A DNA stretch of 64,000 nucleotides. It comes from Camelus dromedarius (lineage: Eukaryota). Where the stretch lies: NCBI RefSeq assembly GCF_036321535.1, contig NC_087436.1, positions 5,394,001-5,458,000 of the forward strand, in the 5' to 3' direction. Made by a program: the position numbers and the translations under genes. A model generated the notes under the pieces. That model worked only from the letters and a program-made list of their open reading frames with translations. It was not told the DNA's origin and did no database searches. Below are positions 1 through 8,882 of the stretch, in pieces. Every line of letters begins with the position of its first letter. Positions within the stretch are counted from its first letter, which is position 1.

Positions 1-1818
1 ACTCAGCATAGTGTGATGCCCACAGGCGCTCCTGAGGAGCTGGCATGAAGCATCGCAAATCCAGAGACCCGCTAAGAACCCAGCCCTGAGGCCATCTGAT
101 CACCCTCAAAGGCTGCATCCAAATGCCGCCCTTCCCGGGAGCGCTTGCGTGGTTTCTCCTCAGTGGACCGGGACACGGGGCAACGCAGACCTACACCCCG
201 CACTTAGCACCGATGTGCCGCGTGCTCTTTGGGGATGTTGGTTTCCCTCCAACAGCCAGACATCCGCTTCGCCTCCATCCGCCCAAACGCTATAACAACA
301 CAGTGCCTCCTCCTTTGATTGAGAAATGGCTTGATTTCAACAGGGGAAATGCCAAGTACAAAAAAAAAAATACACAGTTTGAAAATTAATTAAGAATTAA
401 GCCCAAACCAAGAAAGCAAAGTTAGGGAAGCCGGCCTGGCAAAGACGGTTTGGCTTAGAAACAAGGCGGATGTCCAGAGAGGAGTCTGCGCCATCACCAG
501 GGGATTGGGAACAGCCACTCGAAGACACACAGGGTGTCTGACGTGGAGGCAGGTAGCTGAGAAAACTGGCTGGACTCCGTTAAAAACGACTTCTCCAGAA
601 GCCGAAGGTAAAAGGAGCTAATGCAACCCAAACACTTCACTCTCAACCCCTTGGCTTTAAGGATCAGTGTAATTAAGATAATTCCTCTTTAATCACTTTA
701 GCTCCTTGGGTTCTCACATTTTGAACTTAGCAAACAATTTTTTTTAAAGGTAAATTAATCCTGTTTTGGGCAAGCCATTCAAGGCCACAGCTAAGAATTT
801 ATTTCTTGACGCTCTGGACTTGAAAGAGAAACCTGAGCCACAGAATAGAATATCCTATATAATATAGGGGTAAATAAAAGTTAAAAGTTGCTTATTAAGC
901 CCATTTCAAAGGAATCCCAGGCTGTGCGCTCTAGAGTTCACCAAACCACACCTATGGACCCATTTCTATGGAACTCTTACCATGGAGACAGCCTGCTGTA
1001 AAAAATGTTCAAAGTTGCTTAAACAAAGCAAAGCTCCCTGTGGAACCAAGTTTTCCAACGTCAGCCTTTCTCTTCAACCTCATCAATAAACACACCAAAA
1101 TACGGAAATAAACATTGTCCACCCACGGACCTGGGACACCTGCTTCAAATAAGACCCCAACACATAAGAGTAACGATTCTAAAGGAAGTATTTCAAGTCA
1201 TTTGCCAAACTGTCAGATTTCTACCCCAACAGAGTGTTACAGTAGACATGACGCAGATTACCTGGTCGGCTGAATTAATGTGATTATTCTGAGATGGTCG
1301 CCTTTAGTGTTCCTATAAATAATGCTTCAGGATCAAGGGAGTCCCACCTCCTCTGAAGACCCCCAAAGCATGAAACGTCCTGAAACCATAAAGAAAAGCT
1401 TTTATACAGAGTGCTAGGATTTTGAAGCCAGAATTCCATTTGCCGACTTGGGTCCCCTGTAAGGAAGAGATATCAGCATGGGAGCAGCTGCGCACAGGTG
1501 CCCTCGAGCGTGACCTTGACAAAGTTACCTCAGGGCTCTAGTCCCCGCTCCACATGTTGGTGAGGACAGGCTTCTGGGACCCCCCTCCCAAGTCCTAAGA
1601 GTCCACACACCAAACTTCCTACTGATTTCTAGTCTGTGCAAGTTCTCCGTGAACCACACACAGAAGATGGAAAGCACACTGACTTGAGGTGGGGTGGTGT
1701 CAGCCTCTCAAAATTCACCACTGTGAGGGGTCCCTGGTCCAGATCACCAGATGGCCCCATCTGCAGAATACACAGGGGTGTGCACAGCAGTGGTGCTCAT
1801 GAGAGAGGAACGCCCTTA

Positions 1819-2320
1819 AATGTTCACAGCAGCAATGTTTACGGTAGCCTAGACATGGAAGCAACCTAAGTGTCCATTGACAGATGACTGGATAAAGAAA
1901 TTGTGGTATATTTATACAATGGAATACTACTCAGCCATAAAAAAGAATGAAATAATGCCATCTGCAGCAACATGGATAGACCTGGAGGTCGTCATTCTAA
2001 GTGAAGCAGGTCAGAGAAAGACAAATACCATATTATATCCCTTATATGTGGAACCTAAAAAAAGACAAATGAACTCATTTACAGACTGGAAATAGACATA
2101 CAAACCAAATTTATGGTTCCCAAAGGAGAAAGGAGATTGAGGGAGGGATAAATTAGGAGTTTGGGATTAACAGATACACACTACTGTATATAAAATAGAT
2201 AAACAACAAGGTCCCACTGTGCAGCACAGGGAACTATATTCAATAAATTGCAATAGCCTGTAATGAAAAAAAATATGAAAAAGAATATATATGTGTATAA
2301 CTGGGAAAAAAAGGTAAAAA
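1819..2320 (+). mobile_element. LINE-1 3' fragment (ORF2 C-terminus + 3'UTR)
   Basis: Encodes TDDWIKKLWYIYTMEYYSAIKKNEIMPSAATWIDLE (L1 ORF2 end), followed by an artiodactyl-type L1 3'UTR and A-rich tail. Confidence 0.92.
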
Positions 2321-3073
2321 AAGACCACACAGAGAGGATGGTCTATTTAATCCTGATGACAGCAGGTGCTACCCAGGCCCCGTGTGCCAGGACCTCGCTC
2401 TCCCCTCCCAGGCCCCCATGCCGAGAGGCCACAGGCAGAAGGCTGGCCCAGGGCCAGTCGCTTTCTTCCTCCAGGACCTTCAAGCAGCAGGTGGGTCGGG
2501 CCTGAGTGCCAAGCAGTGGGGAGAAGAGAAGGATAGTTTTAATCCCCATATGAACTAAATCGTCCATAGCTCAAAGTGTCAAAATCTTTGACCATCAGGG
2601 TGGCAGGTGCACGGGTCAGTCGGGAAGGAGGCCAGCAGGGTTGCCGGAGCGTCCCAGGTGTCCTGAGCCTGCCAGGCATCAACCCCCAGTTTCAGGCTCA
2701 GAGATGGTCCATTTGTCCCAGAGGAACAGCCAGGCTCCTTCCTGACCCCCTGGGAATGTTCTGATGCTTTAATGACCAACGTGGTGGTACCAGCGCACGA
2801 CAACTGAAAATCAGCCACGAGACAGGTGCTTCAGGGACAGACAAGGGAGATGTTGGGGGAAAAATACCACAGTTGGAGGCAGGGGTGGGGAAAAATAATT
2901 CACAGAGGCTGTTTAACCAATGAGTTACACAGACATTACCCAGCATTAGACAGACATATTCTGGCTTAGTATCATGCTTTCAAAACCATCAGAGACAGCA
3001 AAATTAGACTAAGTAAATCGATGGACTTTTATTATGACTTCTCCTATCTGGGCTGATATCAATAAAAACCTAT

Positions 3074-3329
3074 GGGGGTGGAGGGATAAATTGGGGATTT
3101 GGGATTAGCAAATATTAACTACTATATAAAAAATAGATAAACAGCAAGGTCCTAATGTACCGCACAGGGAACTATATTCAATACCTTGTAGTCACCTATA
3201 ATGAAAAAGAATACGAAAAGGAATTTATGTATGTATATGTATGGCTGAACCATGAGGCTGTGCATCAGAAACTGACACAACATTGCAAACTGACGATACT
3301 TCAGTTAAAAAAATAAAAAATAAATAAAC
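3074..3329 (+). mobile_element. LINE-1 3'UTR fragment
   Basis: GGAGGGATAAATTGGGGATTTGGGATTAG...CACAGGGAACTATATTCAATA...polyA, same family as 2140-2320. Confidence 0.85.
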
Positions 3330-4299
3330 TGTGGGGAAAGGTCTAGGAGTCTTGGCCACATTGGGGGGGCGGTGGTTGTGGACATTATGAATGCATTGAT
3401 TCAATTATTATTTATTTAACACACATCATCACATCGTCATCTGAATGCTGTTTCTACCAAAACTGTGCAAGTTCACAGACAAAACGCAATTCCAGCGGGC
3501 CAAAGACTGAAAAACACGAGCTGGCAGAGGCTGTGAAGAAGATATGCAGGAAACACATTTCAGGAAGGATGGAACAAGAGCAGACACAGCTGGATCACAG
3601 TGCCCGCGGCACGGTGCTACCAGACGCGCCCAGGAGCAAGGTCCGGGTCTCGGGTCGGACCCCAGCATCTACTTACAGCCATTTAACAAATGAGACACTC
3701 AGCCCTGAAGTGTCTTACAACCTTTGTGCTTTCTGATCTGTTCTTAGAGGTAAACACCAAGAATGGCACATTAAGTGTACAAGATGACAGCGGGCAGTGG
3801 GGGGGACAGTTACCGTAAAATAGAAGGGGGCTTTCTGTGACCCAGTGTGAAAAACAACATCATCATTACATAATGGTTCTTCACTGCTTCCACTTCCTCA
3901 ACTGTCCCAAGCAAAGAACCAGGGGGAAGTTAAATAAAAAAAAAAGTATCTAAAAAACAAAAATCTATGTCACAAAGGTCACGCACTACAGCTGACAGAC
4001 GAGCTGGCAGGAAAGCCCCTGTGGCCCTCGGGCAGAGCCTTCTCACTCAGGGACACAGCTCTAAAGGTTGTGACGATCTGCTCTGAAGCCACCACCTAAA
4101 AAGGGGGATGGGGAGTGGACTGGCAGCAGGAGGAGGAGGAGAAAGACAGACAGGCGAGCCACGCACACAAGACTGTGTTCTTGGCAAGGGGTTACGAGGG
4201 GGCCACTTGTCCCCAGAGTAAACGGCCCCACAGGCCACAAGAGCCCTGGAGATAAAGAGCAGGAACAATAAATGACGCTCGGTGGGGGGATGAGAGGAA

Positions 4300-4492
4300 G
4301 GAGGGGCTGGAGGGGGAGGGGAATAAGAGGTACAAAGTATTGTGCATAAAACACAAAGATGGCTCGCACCACACAGGGGCTGCAGCTGATACTTTATAAT
4401 AACCACAGATGGAGTGCAGCCTTTAAAAACCGTGCATCACTATGTTGTACACCTGCAACTTGCGTCATATCGTACAGTGACTACTTTAAAAA
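4300..4492 (+). mobile_element. Older LINE-1 (L1MA-like) 3' end, GC-shifted
   Basis: AATAAGAGGTACAAA...CACAGGGG...CTTTAAAAACCGTGCATCACTATGTTGTACACCTG resembles the L1MA 3' terminus. Confidence 0.6.
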
Positions 4493-4614
4493 TGAGGTTC
4501 ACAGGGATAGCCCAAGCAGGGCATGTCCCAAAGCTATCCTCGGAGTGGGAAGAGAAGAGAACAGAAGGAGGCTTGTTTCAGGTCAAAAGGTGACTCAGAA
4601 TCCCCCTCCTGGCT

Positions 4615-4775
4615 GGGGGAAGGTAGAGCTCAGCGGTACAGAGCCTGCTTAGCATGCACAAGGTCCTGGGTTCAATTCCCAGTACCTCCACTAAATAAGC
4701 AAATAAATAAATAAACCTAATCACGTCCCTCTAAAACAAACAAATAAGCGTTTTCAAATAAAATAAAATAAAAAA
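4615..4775 (+). mobile_element. Camelid tRNA-Ala-derived SINE (Vic-1-like)
   Basis: GGGGAAGGTAGAGCTCAGCGGT...GCTTAGCATGCACAAGGTCCTGGGTTCAATTCCCAGTACCTCC + (AAAT)n + ACCTAAT + A-rich tail. Confidence 0.88.
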
Positions 4776-5632
4776 CTCCCTTTCCAATGACACGAGACCT
4801 TATTCCAGCAACAACGCTGTGACTGGTGTCTCCTAGGGTTTGTTCCATTTTTGATGGACGTGACCCCTTCCCTGCAGCACCACCCCAGGACTGACCCCCT
4901 CCGTGCTGGGCATTCTTTTCAACGAGCGCACACAGATGGCGGTCATTTTCCCTCTGCTCTTACAGGGAGGCCAGGCCAGAAGCCCCACCTAAGTCAGGGT
5001 TCTTACCTTCTCCCTCCCTCTTTTGAGTTAAATCTGGGTGGAGACCCTGGGTTGATAGGTGAGACTTCATTGTGAGTAGTCAGGTTCAGGATGAAAGACA
5101 CAAAGGCCACTTAAAATACTGGAGGATGCAATTACGTTTACAGTCAAGAGGCAAGAATTGCGGCAGGGTTTTAAGTAAACAACCAAGTAACTAGTAACAG
5201 GGTAAAGGAGACTGAGCCCTCAAACCTAACTGTGAAGCGCCTGCACCTGTCCCAGCCTCAACCCCAGCCCCTAGCACTGACTATAGCAATCAACATCCAC
5301 CGATAACCATGTCCCAGGACACCCAGCTGACCCTGACACTGAGCAGGCCCGGGGGTCTGACCCGGTCGGCCCAGCAGGGGGCCTGGGAGTCTTCAAGGTA
5401 AGAGACTACCACTGGCGAGGGGCGGCTGAACGCCAGAAGGAGCTCCCACAGTCATGACAGATGAATCTGGACATTTCCTATTTAGCACCGGGAAGACCTT
5501 TCACAAAAGGATGCAGTGTGCAAACTGGGCTAATGGCATTTTCTGTGTGGCCTCCTCAGGTGGGCGGGCACTTGCAGAGCCAGACAGTCATCTAAACTGA
5601 GAAGAGCAAGCAAGCAGGCACTCAAAAACTGG

Positions 5633-6030
5633 TTGGAGTTTGGGATTCACAGATACACAATGCTGTTCACAAAACAGGTAAACAACAAGGGCTTACTGCA
5701 TAGCACAGGGAACTGCATTCACTATCTCGTAATAGCCTATAATGGAAAAGAATCTAGAAATATATATATGTATGTATATGTGTAATTGAGTCATTTTGGA
5801 GGGAGGGTAGAGCTCAAGTGGTAAGAGCGCATGCTTAGCATGCATGAGGTCCTGGGTTCAATCCCCAGTACCTCCTCCATAAACAAACAAATAAGCAAAT
5901 AAATCTAATTACCTCCCCCCAAAAAACAAAATAAATAAATACATTAAAAAAAATAACTGAGTCGTTTTGCTGTACACCTGAAACTAGCATTGTAAATCAA
6001 CTACACTTCACTAAAAAAAAAATTTTTTTA
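5633..6030 (+). mobile_element. LINE-1 3'UTR fragment interrupted by a SINE
   Basis: L1 tail (TTGGAGTTTGGGATT...AGCACAGGGAACT...) resumes after the SINE as ...TTTTGCTGTACACCTGAAACTA...polyA. Confidence 0.85.
5798..5953 (+). mobile_element. Vic-1-like SINE nested in an L1 tail
   Basis: tRNA-Ala head and AT tail. 15-bp TSD TAATTGAGTCATTTT (5783-5797) / TAACTGAGTCGTTTT (5954-5968). Confidence 0.92.
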
Positions 6031-8255
6031 AATCAACCATAATTCAAGAGGATGGCCAAAAATACCCACATGAGGGAGTGGAAAACGTGAAAGCCACAAA
6101 AAAAAGAAGTTGCAGCAAATCTGTGGACATTCCAGTGGGCCCTCCTTTAGCGTTCACCTGCTAAACTCCAGTCACGGACCCAGGAATCCTAAGATCACCC
6201 GCAAATCACTCTGAGCCTGTGCAGGGAGACAGCTCCACACTGCCCCCTGGTGCTGGCCGGCCCCGCGGCTCCAGGCTGGAGGGGACAAGGTGCGGGCAGG
6301 GCCTCTGCCTCCAGGGACTTCCGGCTGCCCACCCTACAAGCACTAAACAGAGCCTCATCCTCGCACGCCCATTCAGAAATAAACGGCTATTTTTAGCAGC
6401 ATGCATCTTAGGAATGGAAATGGCTGGGCCCCAGAAGGCAACAGACAGTGTGTGCCTGGCTTCCTGGACCCACCTCTGGGAGGGTGTGAGCCTCCCCCCG
6501 CCCACAAGGACCCTGGGGAAGTCCGGGAGCCCAGGCGGAGGTGATGATGCACGTGGATCACAAGAAAGAGGGACAAGGTCAGGGCGAGGACTGGCACAAG
6601 TCGCACAGGTAATCAGGAAGATGAGGGCCGATGAGTCAGAGCTGCAGGAGAAAGGACTTAGGACAGAAAAAGTCAAAAACAGAAGACAGAAGCCAGGGAG
6701 GGCGCGCATGGCCATTGTGGAACAGCTGGTCCGGTAAGAAGTGGTATTTTGAGCCGCATATTTTTTTTCAAAGGAGAAAGCACAAAGGTGGGTCGGGCCG
6801 TTTCCTGCCAGGGTCCACCTGGGGCGGGAGCTGCTGGGATCACTGCCCCCAGCCCTCCGCAGCTCCCGTGGCTGGAGACCCACCCGTGCAGGTGCCCCGG
6901 GCTGTCCCACCCAGCAAGCTGTAGGCAGCAACCGCGTTCACAATGGCTTTTAAACCCGGTACTGCTGCACATCCTGCAAATGCAAACTGCCAACAAGGTC
7001 CCAGGAATCCTTATGGTATCTATTTTTTGTACTCTAGAACTTTCTGCACTTTCTTAAAGATGAACACTTTAGAGAGTTTACGTTCAAAGCTGAAGCTCTG
7101 AAACTCCCCCAAAACATAAAGTTGCTGTGACTTAAAAACCCTACACACCGATCTGATTTCCTAAGTATGCCACTTGCGTTCATTTCGCCTGGTTAACGAA
7201 GGGACAGCATGCTGGCATTCCCAATAGATGGCATACAAAGCAGCGAAAAAACATATACATTTCTCTTCAAATAACACTGAGAGCCACCTCTGGTAAACAG
7301 GGTGTTTAATATTCTAATTTTAGACAGCCTACATTAACATGGTGGTTTCACAGGCAGGATAAGATTTCTATTTACAAAGCAGTCTCAAAAAATGACTTCA
7401 TAATGGGAGATCAAGAGGAAAAGAGTTTAGAAATTGAATGATGTAAATCATATGGGGTTCAGAGGCTAAGCAAATTACACACCCTGAAGCAGCCCTGGCT
7501 TTATGAAAGGAGCCTTTCTCCAGCTCCCCGCAATCCCAGCCCAAGAAAACTTGCATCTGAGAGTTTTCTAAACATTTCAGGTACACTTGAAAGCTGAAAG
7601 TAATTCTCATTTCCTCGGCAGGATTAAGTCGTTTCCAGCACACACAAAATAGCAGTCACTCACCATCACACAGAAAAACACACCACCAAAAAGGTGAGGG
7701 CGTCAGAGTACAAAGGCGCAATAAAAAAAGAAAGAAAAGAAAAGAAAAAAAAAATTTGGGCAAAAGAGAAATCCATGTTTTAATTCCCCCTGAAAATGTC
7801 CACACGGCCTCTTGACCTCTTTATTTCCTGGCTACTTACTGATTAACTGATGCCTTTCCATTGCGAGCGCTTCAATTAATGGGGCTGATACATGTCTCGG
7901 CAACTCCCCCAATAGAAAAAAGCTGAGGAAAGTCAAACATGCCAAGATTCATTCATTTTGGACTCCTTTTTAGAGGCACTTCTTGAACTTAGAACTCTGG
8001 CAAGGAGAGGTCCTGCAAGGCGCGTTAGGGCTGACGTCCCCCACCGACCCCAAAATGTCCCCTCTCCCGCTGCGCCTGCGGTGGCCCTCGGGTCACCCGG
8101 TCGGAGTCCGGCGGCCGCTTCCGAACTCGCAAACGCCGCGGATCCTCCCCACGTCGGTGCCCACGGGGGCGGGTGGGCGAGGGGACCCTCCCGCATCCCG
8201 CACGGGCGCACGAGGCGGCCTCCCGCAGCGGCGGGACCGGGGCCGGGGGACTCAC

Positions 8256-8373
8256 CGTTCTGCTCCTTGGTGCCAGAGAGCTGGAGTTTACTGCTCAGGT
8301 GGGACTCAGCCCGAGTCCCGGGTCTCTGGCCGGCCAGGGCGGATGTCAGCAGGAGAAGCCCGAGGAGGAGCAT
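8256..8373 (-). CDS. PDGFC: Platelet-derived growth factor C, coding part of exon 1 (signal peptide and N-terminus, 39 codons + 1 nt; phase-1 intron follows)
   Basis: Translates MLLLGLLLLTSALAGQRPGTRAESHLSSKLQLSGTKEQN-G, matching the mammalian PDGF-C N-terminus (human MSLFGLLLLTSALAGQRQGTQAESNLSSKFQFSSNKEQNG). Ends at a canonical donor AACG|GTGAGT (8256|8255-8250). Confidence 0.97.
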
Positions 8374-8855
8374 TGGGCTGGGCGGGCGAGCGCGCTCTCG
8401 GCGGGCACTGGGGAAGCCGGGCTCCGGGTCGGGCTCAGCGCCGCCGGGGGAGGGCCGCGCCGGGCTGGACGCGCCGCGCCTGCTCGGGCCGCAGGGGCTC
8501 GCGGGGTAGCTTCCACATAATCGCCTCCGAGACTTTCTCCGAGGGCCCGCTTGTGCGCCTCCAGTTTGTGAAAGGGATCAAAGCAAAACCTGGACCCGAA
8601 CCAGTTTCCCAAGGTTTCCACAAATCCTGCGCTCGGCCGACGCGGTGGGGGTGGGGAGGGGAGGGGTGCGGGGGGTGGGGACGCGGGGGGCCCGGGCGTG
8701 CCCACCCGTCCCCAGCCGGTCGCCGGGAGCACCTGTCAGCTGGGGGGGCCCGGAGCGGCGACCAGTCGAGGGTCGCGCGGAGCCGCCCGGAAGCCCAGGC
8801 GGCGGCGGGCGCTCTCCGATCGATAACAAAGCGGCGATCGATGCGGCTCCGCGGC
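8374..8855 (-). other. PDGFC: PDGFC exon 1 5'UTR (true 5' end uncertain, could extend to ~9300)
   Basis: Minus strand contains blocks I recognise from the human PDGFC mRNA leader, e.g. CCTTGGGAAACTGGTTC.GGTCCAGGTTTTGCTTTGATCC, CTGACAGGTGCTCCC and GAGCCGCATC...GCTTTGTTAT.GATC. Confidence 0.8.
8435..8518 (-). other. Upstream ORF in the PDGFC 5'UTR, 27 aa (MWKLPREPLRPEQARRVQPGAALPRRR*)
   Basis: ATG at 8518-8516 (gattATGt), TGA at 8437-8435, 61 nt before the main ATG. It is the only minus-strand ATG between 8374 and ~9530. Confidence 0.7.
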
Positions 8856-8860
8856 CCCCG

Positions 8861-8882
8861 CTCCCGCCCCGCCCCCACCCCG
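8861..8882 (-). promoter_or_regulatory. Overlapping Sp1/EGR1-type GC boxes next to the presumed proximal TSS
   Basis: + strand CTCCCGCCCCGCCCCCACCCCG = tandem GGGGCGGG boxes plus GTGGGGGCG. EGR1/Sp1 control of the PDGFC proximal promoter is established in other mammals. Confidence 0.6.

Larger units (their letters stand above)
1..8255 (-). other. PDGFC: PDGFC intron 1 (first part; exon 2 lies outside the window)
   Basis: Follows the GTGAGT donor. No CUB-domain exon-2 sequence (VQDPQHERII...) is seen in the ORF track. Confidence 0.85.

Noticed and set aside
5798..5875. Apparent tRNA-Ala genes here and at the other SINE heads
   Set aside because: Each is followed by the shared SINE tail, several have TSDs, and the stems carry mismatches; these are SINEs.
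6206..6931. 241-aa and 172-aa ORFs in intron 1
   Set aside because: No recognisable homology, overlapping on both strands in GC-rich intron sequence.
7933..8255. Extension of the PDGFC ORF to 146 aa
   Set aside because: Similarity to PDGF-C stops at the GTGAGT donor; the remainder is intron read-through.
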